Sequence record: SRR20825019_647 | DNA: 64,000 bases | Reading direction: 5' to 3' (one strand) | In this document: in pieces, positions 30,062-39,980 of the stretch | Layout: each line of letters starts with the position of its first letter | Position numbering within the stretch: position 1 is the first letter of the stretch | Program-made: the position numbers and the translations under genes | The notes under the pieces: model-generated | Database searches by the model: none | The model's input: only the letters and a program-made list of their open reading frames with translations | What the model was told of the DNA's origin: nothing

Positions 30062-30697
30062 ATGGACGCGCTGAAAACACTTGGAAAGACGATGGTATCG
30101 TCACCAGAGCGCCAGCAGGAGGCCGACTCCGACTGGGAGATTGTCCGTCGTGTCCAAGCAGGAGACGTTGCCGCGTTTGATAAACTCTCAATTCGTTACC
30201 GCGGAAGAGTTTATGGTATGATCTACAATATGACCTCAAATCGGGAAGATGCTGCCGATTTGACGCAAGATGCTCTGATTAAAGCATTTCAGTCAATCAA
30301 TCGCTTTCAGGGACAGTCCTCATTTTTTACCTGGCTCTACCGCATTGCGGTCAATTCAACCCTTACTCATTTGCGGAAAAACCGCCTGAGAACCTTCTTC
30401 AGTTTGGAAAAAGTGAACGAAGACGACCAGCAATCCAAGGAAGTCATTGATGCTCTTACAGATAACAGCGGAGCGGAACGTAACACTTTCGTAAAAGAAC
30501 TTCAGGAAAAATTGAACGAGGCGATGCAAAAGTTGTCTATCAAGCATAGAACCGTGGTGACTTTATTTGAAATCGATGGCCTTGGGCATCAAGAGATTGC
30601 CGAAATTATGAATTGTTCGGTCGGCACCGTCCGCTCTCGGCTCCACTACGCTAAGCAAATTTTACAAGCAGAGTTGCAACCTTATATCCGTAAATGA
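30062..30697 (+). CDS. ECF sigma-70 factor (RpoE-like)
   Basis: AADLTQDALIKAF, FFTWLYRIAVN, EIAEIMNCSVGTVRSRLHYA. Confidence 0.93.
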   Translation: MDALKTLGKTMVSSPERQQEADSDWEIVRRVQAGDVAAFDKLSIRYRGRVYGMIYNMTSNREDAADLTQDALIKAFQSINRFQGQSSFFTWLYRIAVNSTLTHLRKNRLRTFFSLEKVNEDDQQSKEVIDALTDNSGAERNTFVKELQEKLNEAMQKLSIKHRTVVTLFEIDGLGHQEIAEIMNCSVGTVRSRLHYAKQILQAELQPYIRK

Positions 30698-31503
30698 AAC
30701 ACGACCACACTACACCCCGAGTGACCGTTGAAGACCTTCTCCACCTGAAAAGGGCAGAGCGTCCCGACGCCGATTTCTGGCATGAATTCGAGCGTGAGAT
30801 GCGTGTGAAGCAACTGGCCGCGATTGTAGAGCCACGTCCCTGGTGGGCTCCGTTTATTCGGATTGGTTCACGGATGGCCCGTTATCAGCTTCCTGTTGGG
30901 GCAACGGCGATTTTGGCTCTGACCTTCTTGACCGTTCGCGAATACCGGCTGCCGGAGGCGACTGACACACAATTTATCACTGAAAACGTGATCGCAGCGA
31001 CTCCCGTTCAATCGACTCGGGAGACACCCGTGATTTCGACCGATAGCGTCGCAGTGGAAACGTCGATTGAGAATCCTGTGGTAGAGTCTGATCGGATGAT
31101 CGCCGCCTCGGAATCAGTTCCTGAATCCACGCCTGCGGTTGCCGAGTCGCAGCCTGAAAGTGTCTATTCTCCCGCTGCTGAAGCGATCGCCGCCAATCTT
31201 GCCGCAGTGGAGGCCAAGACGCCTGAATTGGCGCGCTTGATTGCCCGCGTATCGGGTGTTGATGAAATCATCAATCCTCGGGCCCCCCGCGAAGTGGTGG
31301 ACCCACTTGCCCGGGTAAAAGCCCCGAGTTCCAGCAGCCGCACGTCGCGTTTGCTGGCGAGCGCACTGCCTGCCAGTTACTCAAACGGCACGAGCACCCG
31401 CGGATCTGTTAGCCGGGTGGAACGGGGCCTGACCGAAGATCGGGTCTACGACACGATCAGTCGTATCGGCGTGAAGGCGGATCGCCTGGCGATTAGCTTC
31501 TAA
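30694..31503 (+). CDS. Single-TM protein, putative anti-sigma factor
   Basis: ATGA overlap with ECF sigma; short cytoplasmic N-terminus, one TM, low-complexity C-terminus. Confidence 0.55.
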   Translation: MKHDHTTPRVTVEDLLHLKRAERPDADFWHEFEREMRVKQLAAIVEPRPWWAPFIRIGSRMARYQLPVGATAILALTFLTVREYRLPEATDTQFITENVIAATPVQSTRETPVISTDSVAVETSIENPVVESDRMIAASESVPESTPAVAESQPESVYSPAAEAIAANLAAVEAKTPELARLIARVSGVDEIINPRAPREVVDPLARVKAPSSSSRTSRLLASALPASYSNGTSTRGSVSRVERGLTEDRVYDTISRIGVKADRLAISF

Positions 31504-31528
31504 GCGTATTTACAGAATTCGATTTACC

Positions 31529-31562
31529 AGCAAACCCCGCTTGTCGCGGGGTTTTGCTTTTT
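31529..31562 (+). terminator. Rho-independent terminator
   Basis: AAACCCCGC-ttgtc-GCGGGGTTT followed by T-rich tract. Confidence 0.85.
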
Positions 31563-31588
31563 AGCGATCCCGAGGCCATTGTATTCTC

Positions 31589-32950
31589 ATGCGTATAGAA
31601 AAAGATTCCATGGGCGATATGGAGGTTCCGGATGACGCTCTTTGGGGCGCCTCCACTCAACGGGCGGTTCTCAATTTTCCGATCAGCGGACGACAGGTGC
31701 CGGCGGCTTTCATTCGCGGTTTGGCGCTATTGAAGGAAGTCGCGGCAGCCACGAATGAGAATCTTGGCTTACTGGCCAAAGAGAAGAGTGCTCTCATTCA
31801 AGAGGCTGCCCGGGAGATCGCGGAGGGACACCAGGCGGATCAATTTCCGGTGGATATTTTTCAGACAGGATCCGGCACATCAACGAACATGAATGTGAAT
31901 GAGGTCATCGCAGCACGGGCGTATCAATTGTCCAAGAGCACGATCCGGATTCATCCCAACGATGATGTGAATCTCGGACAGTCATCCAATGATGTCATTC
32001 CCACGGCACTACATCTGAGTGTTGCCTTGGCATTGAAGAATGATCTGGCACCGGCGTTGGCGGCGCTTTGTCAGGAGTTAGCAGCCAAGAGCACGGCTTA
32101 CTCTGATATCGTCAAGATTGGTCGCACGCATCTGATGGATGCGACACCTTTAACCCTCGGGCAGGAATTTTCAGGATATGCTAACCAGATAGAAAAGGCG
32201 GGAAGACGGGTGGATCACGCCGTGGAGCTATTGTCAGAGCTGGCCATCGGTGGCACGGCTGTGGGCACGGGGTTGAATACTCATCATGATTTTGCCGCCG
32301 GAGTATGTGCAGGGTTGAGTGAGCGCACGGGGCTTAAACTGCGAGAAGCCGCCAACCACTTTGAAGCGCAGGCGGCCCGTGATGACTGTGTGGAAGTCGC
32401 CGGAGTGCTGACTACGTTGGCGGTAAGTCTGACCAAAATAGCAAACGATATTCGTCTGATGGGGTCCGGTCCGAGAGCAGGGTTGGGAGAATTACAACTC
32501 GCCGCGACCCAACCGGGCTCGTCGATTATGCCGGGCAAAGTGAATCCGGTGATGTGTGAAATGCTCGTGCAGGTGGGACTCTACGTTCAGGGGTTGTCGC
32601 AGACCGTGTCGATGGCCGGACGGGAAGGGCATTTCGAGTTGAACGCGACGTTGCCGTTGATGGCGCACTGTTTGCATGAATCGATAACCTGTTTGGCCAA
32701 TGGAGCCCGGGTGTTTGCAGAAAAATGTGTCGCTGGATTGGAAGTGGATGTTGAGCGCTGTCAGGAGTTGATGGAACAGTCTCTGATGTTGGTCACGGCG
32801 TTGAATCCTCTGATTGGCTATGATGCCGCTGCGAGTGTCGCCAAGGAGGCACTGAACAAGGGGAAAACCCTGAAGGAAGTCGTGTTGGAAAGAAAACTCC
32901 TCGATGCTGAGGAATTGGATCGTGCACTGGATCCGAAAAACATGATTTGA
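31589..32950 (+). CDS. fumC: Class II fumarate hydratase
   Basis: RIEKDSMG, QTGSGTSTNMN, GRTHLMDA, GSSIMPGKVNP. Confidence 0.9.
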   Translation: MRIEKDSMGDMEVPDDALWGASTQRAVLNFPISGRQVPAAFIRGLALLKEVAAATNENLGLLAKEKSALIQEAAREIAEGHQADQFPVDIFQTGSGTSTNMNVNEVIAARAYQLSKSTIRIHPNDDVNLGQSSNDVIPTALHLSVALALKNDLAPALAALCQELAAKSTAYSDIVKIGRTHLMDATPLTLGQEFSGYANQIEKAGRRVDHAVELLSELAIGGTAVGTGLNTHHDFAAGVCAGLSERTGLKLREAANHFEAQAARDDCVEVAGVLTTLAVSLTKIANDIRLMGSGPRAGLGELQLAATQPGSSIMPGKVNPVMCEMLVQVGLYVQGLSQTVSMAGREGHFELNATLPLMAHCLHESITCLANGARVFAEKCVAGLEVDVERCQELMEQSLMLVTALNPLIGYDAAASVAKEALNKGKTLKEVVLERKLLDAEELDRALDPKNMI

Positions 32951-32961
32951 ATCGAGGTATC

Positions 32962-33381
32962 ATGGCGGTCCATCAAGAAACACTCACCGTAGAGTCCCGC
33001 GGGAAGGGCATGAGGGAGATTACCGATGAAATCTCGGCGATTGTTAACTCAAGCGGTCAACAACAGGGAGTCGTCACCGTTTTCTGCCAGCACACCAGTT
33101 GCAGCCTCGTAATCATGGAAAACGCCGATCCTTCGGCGCGACATGATTTGGTGAACTGGCTGGAGCGATTAGTGCCGGAGAATGATCCGCATTTCACCCA
33201 CACGTTTGAAGGAGCGGATGATATGCCCAGTCACATCAAAATGGCGCTGACCCGCACGAGTGAATCGATTCCCTTTTCCGAAGGGCATCTCCAGCTTGGC
33301 ACTTGGCAGGGGCTCTTCCTGTGGGAGCACCGCGACGCACCGCACAGTCGGCGCCTCATCGTGACGCTGCAGGGGGAGTGA
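32962..33381 (+). CDS. yjbQ: YjbQ/UPF0047 family protein
   Basis: HTSCSL..ENADP, SHIK, LGTWQGLFLWE; start 32962 or 32947. Confidence 0.9.
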   Translation: MAVHQETLTVESRGKGMREITDEISAIVNSSGQQQGVVTVFCQHTSCSLVIMENADPSARHDLVNWLERLVPENDPHFTHTFEGADDMPSHIKMALTRTSESIPFSEGHLQLGTWQGLFLWEHRDAPHSRRLIVTLQGE

Positions 33382-33398
33382 CCCCTTAACCTTGGAAG

Positions 33399-35042
33399 CT
33401 ATTTCCCCTTTGGTAAACAGGCGCCGCAACCGTCGGCGAAGAAGTCATTGCCCTTGTCATCCACGAGGATGAAGGCGGGAAAGTCTTCTACCTCGATTTT
33501 CCAAATCGCTTCCATGCCCAATTCGGGATATTCGAGTTGTTCGACTTTCTTGATGTTTTCCTTGGCGAGGATCGCGGCAGGGCCACCGATACTCCCGAGA
33601 TAGAAACCGCCGTTTTCCTTGCAAGCCTGAGTGACCTGCCGGCTGCGATTACCTTTCGCGAGCATCACCATGGAACCCCCGTTTTTCTGAAAGAGATCAA
33701 CGTAGCTATCCATCCGGCCTGCAGTCGTAGGCCCAAAACTACCGGAAGCGTAGCCTTTCGGGGTTTTGGCGGGACCGGCGTAATAGACGGGATGATCCTT
33801 GATGTATTGAGGCAAGCCCTGGCCGGAATCGATTCTCTCTTGGAGTTTGGCGTGGGCGATGTCCCGGGCGACGATCATCGGCCCGTTCAGCAGCACTTGC
33901 GTGGTGACCGGATGCTTGCCGAGCTCGGCCAAAATTTCCGGCATCGGCTGTTTCAGATCGATGTGCACGACGTGATCGGTATTGAGACGTCGTTCGCTTT
34001 CAGGAACGAATCGCCCGGGATTCGTTTCGAGCTTCTCGAGGAAGATACCCTCACGGGTGATCTTGGCCTTAATGTTGCGATCCGCACTGCAGGACACGCC
34101 GAGACCGATGGGGCAGGAAGCACCGTGGCGGGGCAGTCTGACGATACGCACATCGAGTGCGAAGTATTTGCCCCCGAACTGCGCTCCAATTCCCGTTTCC
34201 TGGGCGAGAGTGAGCACTTTCTTTTCGAGTTCGACATCGCGGAAGGCGCGCCCGTGTTCATTTCCGGAGGTGGGCAGCGAGTCGAGATACTTGGTCGAGG
34301 CGAGCTTGACGGTTTTTAAGCAGGTCTCCGCGCTGGTGCCACCGATGACGAAGGTGAGATGATAAGGTGGACAGGCGGCGGTGCCGAGATGGCCCATCTT
34401 TTCGACCAGAAACTTTTCCAAACTCTTGGGATTGAGGACCGCTTTCGTTTCCTGAAAGAGAAACGTCTTATTGGCCGACCCGCCTCCCTTGGCGACGAAG
34501 AGAAATTTATAGTCATCGCCTTCAGTGGCGTAGAGATCGATTTGGGCGGGGAGGTTGGTGCCGGTATTCGTCTCCTTGAACATGTCGAGTGGGGCGGTTT
34601 GAGAATACCGGAGATTCTCCTTGGTGTAGCATTCGTAAACGCCGCGACTGAGCGCTGCGGCATCGTTGCCTCCCGTCCAGACTTGCTGGCCTTTCTTGCC
34701 CATGATGATGGCCGTGCCGGTATCCTGACAAAAAGGCAGGATGCCTTGAGCGGCGATCTCCGCGTTTTTCAGCAACGTTAAAGCGACATAGTGATCGTTC
34801 GTGCTCGCTTCCGGGTCTTCGAGAATCGCGGCAACCTGCTCCAGATGCTTTGTGCGCAACATGAACGAACAATCATGGAACGCGTGTTGCGCGAGATAAC
34901 TCAAGGCACCGGATTCCACTTTGAGAATGGTGCGACCTTCAAATTCAGCGGTGCTGATACCTTCCTGGGAAAGGAGTCGGTATTCAGTGTCGTCCGCACC
35001 GAGCGGAAAAGTGTCCTGATAATGAAATTCGGGAGCAGGCAT
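33399..35042 (-). CDS. Class I (Fe-S) fumarate hydratase
   Basis: [37 protein letters not shown]. Confidence 0.95.
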   Translation of the reverse strand: MPAPEFHYQDTFPLGADDTEYRLLSQEGISTAEFEGRTILKVESGALSYLAQHAFHDCSFMLRTKHLEQVAAILEDPEASTNDHYVALTLLKNAEIAAQGILPFCQDTGTAIIMGKKGQQVWTGGNDAAALSRGVYECYTKENLRYSQTAPLDMFKETNTGTNLPAQIDLYATEGDDYKFLFVAKGGGSANKTFLFQETKAVLNPKSLEKFLVEKMGHLGTAACPPYHLTFVIGGTSAETCLKTVKLASTKYLDSLPTSGNEHGRAFRDVELEKKVLTLAQETGIGAQFGGKYFALDVRIVRLPRHGASCPIGLGVSCSADRNIKAKITREGIFLEKLETNPGRFVPESERRLNTDHVVHIDLKQPMPEILAELGKHPVTTQVLLNGPMIVARDIAHAKLQERIDSGQGLPQYIKDHPVYYAGPAKTPKGYASGSFGPTTAGRMDSYVDLFQKNGGSMVMLAKGNRSRQVTQACKENGGFYLGSIGGPAAILAKENIKKVEQLEYPELGMEAIWKIEVEDFPAFILVDDKGNDFFADGCGACLPKGK

Positions 35043-35062
35043 AGCAGAAATGGATTGAGAGA

Positions 35063-36322
35063 TTAGTGGAGCGAGGCTTCTGCCATCGCTTTAACCGTAT
35101 CATGGAAACGCGCAAGTGACCCCGGCGTGACGAGCTCGCCGGTCTGGCGTCCCCATCCGTTCGGGCCGGGCCATTCACCCTGATCCAGAAAGCGGTCAAT
35201 CGCTCCGTTCATTCCTGCGATGTTCACGTAATCTTTTTGCTCCTTCTCGTCGCGAACCTGAGTGACGCGATTTGCAGGGAACGCGGCAATGTGGCCACTG
35301 GAGACATAGGCGAGATTGTTCAGCGTCACGAAAGGGCGCGAATCGATCAGGCTGGTCGCGGGACGATCTTCTTCGCCCCGGATGTAGCGATGGAACGCGA
35401 GGTGATTCTCGGTGACGCCATCAAACTGACCGATGTCGATATGTTCGACCCGCCCATCGTGCCAACGGATTTCCGCGCTACCGCCGACACTGTAAAGAAT
35501 ATCGGCTTTTTCACAGTTCACGGTTTCCTGATGACTGCTTTCCCCCGCACAGGCGTGGGTCACGGCAAAACGCATTTTGGCGCCGGATGTCGCCGTGGCT
35601 TCGACGAAGAATGTATCGGCGCCTTCGATGGCATGGGCGCGATACAATTCGGAGCGAACCGAATCAATCTGGGCCCAACTGGACAGTTGCGAATCGCCGA
35701 GCCAGAAAAGCATATTATGCACGAAGTGGGCATTGGCATTGCCAAAGCAGGAATCGAGCACGACGCGATCCCCCATCATTAAACGTCCGGCCCAGGCTGC
35801 GCGTTTGAAATAATCTAGCGGGCGGGGCCAGTGTGCCATCAGCGTCGCGCCTTTGATTGGACCAAACTCACCATCAAGCAGACGCTGTTTGATCGCGAGG
35901 CGTGGTTTTTCGACAATGAAATTAAAGGCGACGAGGGTGGATTTCTTGGCTTTCTGATCGCAGGCGACCATCTCTTCGAGCTCCCGGTAATCGAGAGTCG
36001 GTGGCTTTTCGAGATAGACGGGGATACCACGTTCGACGCCGGCACGATGCATCTCGGCGTGCAGATTGATGGGAGTGGGCACCACGAGCAGGTCGAGATC
36101 CTGCTGGCAGGCATCGAGCATCTGCACGTAATCGCTGAAAATACTGACGCCTCGTGAGGCGAGCTGCCAATTTTGCTGTTCGTTGGCAAACGATTCGACC
36201 TGCGGATCACAGGTGCAGATGAGTTTGGCGAGTCCGCGTTCTTCGAGGCGTTGAATGGTGGCGTGATGCCAGCCAGCGAAGCCGCCCATGCCAATGATAC
36301 CAATACGAGTAGGATTTTTCAC
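35063..36322 (-). CDS. Gfo/Idh/MocA family oxidoreductase
   Basis: IGIIGMGGF Rossmann motif, PTPINLH, YLEKP. Confidence 0.88.
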   Translation of the reverse strand: MKNPTRIGIIGMGGFAGWHHATIQRLEERGLAKLICTCDPQVESFANEQQNWQLASRGVSIFSDYVQMLDACQQDLDLLVVPTPINLHAEMHRAGVERGIPVYLEKPPTLDYRELEEMVACDQKAKKSTLVAFNFIVEKPRLAIKQRLLDGEFGPIKGATLMAHWPRPLDYFKRAAWAGRLMMGDRVVLDSCFGNANAHFVHNMLFWLGDSQLSSWAQIDSVRSELYRAHAIEGADTFFVEATATSGAKMRFAVTHACAGESSHQETVNCEKADILYSVGGSAEIRWHDGRVEHIDIGQFDGVTENHLAFHRYIRGEEDRPATSLIDSRPFVTLNNLAYVSSGHIAAFPANRVTQVRDEKEQKDYVNIAGMNGAIDRFLDQGEWPGPNGWGRQTGELVTPGSLARFHDTVKAMAEASLH

Positions 36323-37302
36323 ACGATCTTGAGTTTGGGAAGGTCCTGCCCATCGACGATGCCGACGGGTTTTCCTTGGGTGTTTACGACGATGAGATCG
36401 TCGATTTTGTGCGCTTCAAACAAGCGCAACGCATCAACTCCGAGAGCATCCTCACGGATGGTTCGGGGAGAACGCGTCATGAAATCGGATACGGGGCGCT
36501 GCAAAAAATCGGGGCCGGTCAGGGCACTGCGGCGGAAATCCCCATCGGTCAAAATCCCCGTGAGTTTGCCGCGTGCATTTACCAAGGCAATGCAACCGCA
36601 CTTGGCCTTGGTCATCGCCAAAATCGTGTCCTGGGTCGAACGGTTGTCCCGCAGGATCGGGGCCGCCCCTCCGCTGCGCATAAAATCGCCGACTTTGACG
36701 AGAAGCGCACCGATGTTTCCCCCCGGATGATTGCGTGCAAAATCGTCGCGGGTAAAACCTCGCGCTTTGAGCAACACCATGGCCAGTGCGTCGCCGAGGG
36801 CCATCGCTGCTGTCGTGCTCGCGGTGGGCGCGAGTGCGAGCGGGCAGGCTTCGCGGGGGACGCTGTAAAGAAGTTGAAATTCGGAATTCGCCGCGAGGTC
36901 GGAATCGGGTTTGCTGGTGAAAGCGACGACTTTGACTCCCGCCCGTTTCAGCAGAGGCATGAGATTGAGGACTTCCTCGGTTTGACCGCTATTACTGAGT
37001 AATATCGCGAGATCGCCTTCATCGCAGATACCGAGGTCTCCGTGGAGGGCTTGGGTTGCGTCCAGAAAAATTGAAGTGATCCCGGTGCTGTTGAACGTGC
37101 CGGCGAGCTTTTGGGCGATGTGGGCCGATTTTCCCACTCCACTGAAAATGAGTTTACCCTGGTCTGCGATCAGAGTCTCGATGGCCTGGGTGGTTTTCAC
37201 GAACTCAGCGCCCAAATCTTTGGCCGTTGCGGAGAGGGCATCGCCTTCGGTGCGGATGCAGGCGCGCGCGCGGCTTAGGATGGTTTTTGGCGTGAGAGGC
37301 AT
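36319..37302 (-). CDS. kdsD: KpsF/GutQ arabinose-5-phosphate isomerase (SIS + 2 CBS)
   Basis: GVGKSAHIA, ALHGDLG, SNSGQTEE, APTASTT, HPGG, CBS pair. Confidence 0.9.
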   Translation of the reverse strand: MPLTPKTILSRARACIRTEGDALSATAKDLGAEFVKTTQAIETLIADQGKLIFSGVGKSAHIAQKLAGTFNSTGITSIFLDATQALHGDLGICDEGDLAILLSNSGQTEEVLNLMPLLKRAGVKVVAFTSKPDSDLAANSEFQLLYSVPREACPLALAPTASTTAAMALGDALAMVLLKARGFTRDDFARNHPGGNIGALLVKVGDFMRSGGAAPILRDNRSTQDTILAMTKAKCGCIALVNARGKLTGILTDGDFRRSALTGPDFLQRPVSDFMTRSPRTIREDALGVDALRLFEAHKIDDLIVVNTQGKPVGIVDGQDLPKLKIV

Positions 37303-37377
37303 TTAGGGTTTGTGTCGTGTAAACAGGTTGCGGAATTTACGTTTAAGTTTTCACCGTTCAATCCCATTCCCGCCCTG

Positions 37378-38175
37378 ATGCCAACCCGAATGCCCATTTC
37401 CAGACTTATTAGTCTATTTCTCGTCATGGCCACGGTTGCGATTACGGGATGTGATCGTGATGCCAATCAACCGCTGGGAGCGGAGATTGACGAATCGAAT
37501 TTTCGACGTGGCCAAAAATTCGTGAAACAGGGGCGGCACCAGGAAGCGTTGGCTTCCTATCTTCGCGTGATTGAAACACGGGGTGATGATGCCCCGGAAT
37601 CCCATTTGGAAGCGGGAATCCTCTATTTGCAGCAGATCAAAGATCCGTTGGCCGCGATCTACCACTTTAGAAAATATTTGGAACGGCAACCCAACTCGCC
37701 CCAATCACCGCAGGTGCGGGGATTGGTCGATAGTGCGAAACGTGAATTTGCGCGCACTTTACCGGCCAATCCGCTGGAAAACCAATCTGAGCGGTTGAAC
37801 ATGATGGATCAAATCGGTCGTTTGCAGCGGGAGAACGATCAACTTAAGGATGCCTTGGCCCGAGCCCGGGGAAATCCCGTGCCTCCCCGAGTGGATCATA
37901 ATCGGGAGATCGTGACATCACCTTTGACAATCGCGCCGATGCAGGAAGCTCCCGCTGAACCGGTGATTGAGCCACGCGAGCCGGTGCGCAGCAAACCCAC
38001 GCCACCGCCGACGCAGATCCGTCTGCACACGGTAGTAAAAGGGGACACACTGTTCGTGCTCGCGCAGCACTATTACGGCAACCGGGCGAAGTGGCGCGAT
38101 ATCTACGCTGCCAATCGCGATGTGATGCCGAATGAAAACTCTCTGCAAATCGGGATGGTCTTGAAGATTCCTTAA
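37378..38175 (+). CDS. Lipoprotein with TPR-like region and C-terminal LysM domain
   Basis: Lipobox VAITGC; AIYHFRKYL TPR-like helix; HTVVKGDTL..LAQHYYG..W..IY.AN; start uncertain. Confidence 0.85.
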   Translation: MPTRMPISRLISLFLVMATVAITGCDRDANQPLGAEIDESNFRRGQKFVKQGRHQEALASYLRVIETRGDDAPESHLEAGILYLQQIKDPLAAIYHFRKYLERQPNSPQSPQVRGLVDSAKREFARTLPANPLENQSERLNMMDQIGRLQRENDQLKDALARARGNPVPPRVDHNREIVTSPLTIAPMQEAPAEPVIEPREPVRSKPTPPPTQIRLHTVVKGDTLFVLAQHYYGNRAKWRDIYAANRDVMPNENSLQIGMVLKIP

Positions 38176-38328
38176 TCCCGGTAAAAGAGGACAAGCGGAG
38201 ATCTCGCGGCCCGATATGGCAATGGATTGGTATTAAGGGAAAGTGACTGATGGGGGCATGGACTGACTGAATCCCGCTACCAATGGGCTCGCTTTTTTCA
38301 CGGCGGATCTTTGTTCTCAGTGATACGT

Positions 38329-38589
38329 ATGTTGCTTAACCTATCATCCATGCTACCCCCCATGGCAGAACTCGCTGGTATTGGCGGCATTATCTGTAGC
38401 GTAGTGGCTATTTGGATGCAGTGGAATTTGCAGTATCGTTTGTCACATTTGGAAGACCGCTATAAAGACGGACGGATCACGAGCGCTCAATTGGAACGGG
38501 GGATGCGCTGGTCACGATTGGCACCGATTGTTTTCACCCTGCTCGGAGCCTGTTTGCTCCTGGGCGCTGCCAGCCAGTTAATCGGTTGA
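38329..38589 (+). CDS. Small two-TM hypothetical protein
   Basis: Two hydrophobic segments around LEDRYKDGRIT; start uncertain. Confidence 0.55.
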   Translation: MLLNLSSMLPPMAELAGIGGIICSVVAIWMQWNLQYRLSHLEDRYKDGRITSAQLERGMRWSRLAPIVFTLLGACLLLGAASQLIG

Positions 38590-38633
38590 ATCCCGGCTCG
38601 CCGCTTCGCACTCTGATGTTATCGCTTTGAGGA

Positions 38634-39896
38634 ATGGGTGCGCCGACATTTCGTGAAGCTTTGAAGTTTTGGTTCAAGCTGGGATTGATCAGCTTTGGCG
38701 GTCCGGCTGGTCAGATAGCGGTGATGCATCGCGAACTGGTGGATCGCAAAAAGTGGATCGAGGAGTCGCGGTTCCTTCATGCTCTGAATTTTTGCATGCT
38801 GTTGCCCGGACCTGAGGCCACGCAACTCGCGGCCTATTGCGGTTGGATGTTGCACGGTGTGCGTGGAGCACTCGCGGCCGGGATTCTCTTCATTGTCCCC
38901 GCGATTGGAATTCTGTGGGGTCTGAGTTGGATCTATGTGGTCTACGGCGCGGTGCCGGCAGTGGCGGCGATCTTTCATGGATTGAAGGCCGCGGTGCTGG
39001 CGATCGTGGTGGTGACGCTGTTTCGCGTGGCACAGCGGGCGTTGAAAACGCCGGTGGCATGGGGGGTGGCCGTAGCGGCATTCGTTGGCCTGTATTTTCT
39101 CCATCTGCCATTTCCGATGATTGTCTTCGGCGCGCTGTTGATCGGTTTTTTCGGTGGGCGTTGGGTGCCTTCCCAATTTGGCGTGACCGAATCGGAACCA
39201 TCGCTATCGGCCCGGGATCAGAAACGGGTGAGTGGGAAGGCCACACTCCGCACGGCGTGGATCGGGATCGCTGTTTGGTTTACCCCCATTGTGGGAGCGG
39301 GGCTTTGGTTTGGCTGGGATAGCACGCTTACCCAGCTGGGTTGGTTTTTCAGCAAAGCGGCGGTGGTGACGTTTGGCGGCGCCTACGCCGTGCTTCCCTA
39401 TGTCGGGCAACAAGCAGTGGAGAATTACCATTGGCTGAGTGCCACGCAGATGTTGGACGGGCTGGGGCTCGCGGAAACGACTCCCGGACCTCTGATTATG
39501 GTGCTGCAATTTGTCGGTTTTGTCGCGGGGTGGCAGCAATCCGGCGGGATGGTGCCGCTCGTGGCGGCGACAGGCGGTGCCCTGATGACGGTTTGGGTCA
39601 CGTTTGTGCCGACGTATCTTTTTATTCTGCTGGGCGCCCCTTATGTCGAACAGGCGAGGGGGGTAGCGAGTTTGCGCACAGCATTGGCGGCGGTCACCGC
39701 AGTCGTCGTCGGGGTGATGCTAAATTTGGCCGTGTGGTTCGGAGTGCATGTCTTTTCCCCGCTTGAGGGAAGTGTCGACTGGTTCGCGATTGGAGTCAGC
39801 ACGGCAGCTTTTATGGCCATGCAACGATTCAAGGTGGACGTGGTGCCGGTGATCCTGGTCTGCGGGTTACTGGGATTGTTCTGGAGCTGGATCTGA
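38634..39896 (+). CDS. chrA: Chromate efflux transporter (long-chain CHR)
   Basis: SFGGPAGQIA, LPGPEATQ, TFGGAY, TPGP. Confidence 0.92.
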   Translation: MGAPTFREALKFWFKLGLISFGGPAGQIAVMHRELVDRKKWIEESRFLHALNFCMLLPGPEATQLAAYCGWMLHGVRGALAAGILFIVPAIGILWGLSWIYVVYGAVPAVAAIFHGLKAAVLAIVVVTLFRVAQRALKTPVAWGVAVAAFVGLYFLHLPFPMIVFGALLIGFFGGRWVPSQFGVTESEPSLSARDQKRVSGKATLRTAWIGIAVWFTPIVGAGLWFGWDSTLTQLGWFFSKAAVVTFGGAYAVLPYVGQQAVENYHWLSATQMLDGLGLAETTPGPLIMVLQFVGFVAGWQQSGGMVPLVAATGGALMTVWVTFVPTYLFILLGAPYVEQARGVASLRTALAAVTAVVVGVMLNLAVWFGVHVFSPLEGSVDWFAIGVSTAAFMAMQRFKVDVVPVILVCGLLGLFWSWI

Positions 39897-39922
39897 AACA
39901 CTTCTCGTTTGCGTGCACAACG

Positions 39923-39957
39923 AAAAGGCCAATCCACATGATGCGGATTGGCCTTTT
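39923..39957. terminator. Bidirectional terminator between chrA and PFOR
   Basis: AAAAGGCCAATCC-N9-GGATTGGCCTTTT between convergent genes. Confidence 0.85.
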
Positions 39958-39980
39958 GAAGAACGAGGTTGGGGTGGTGT

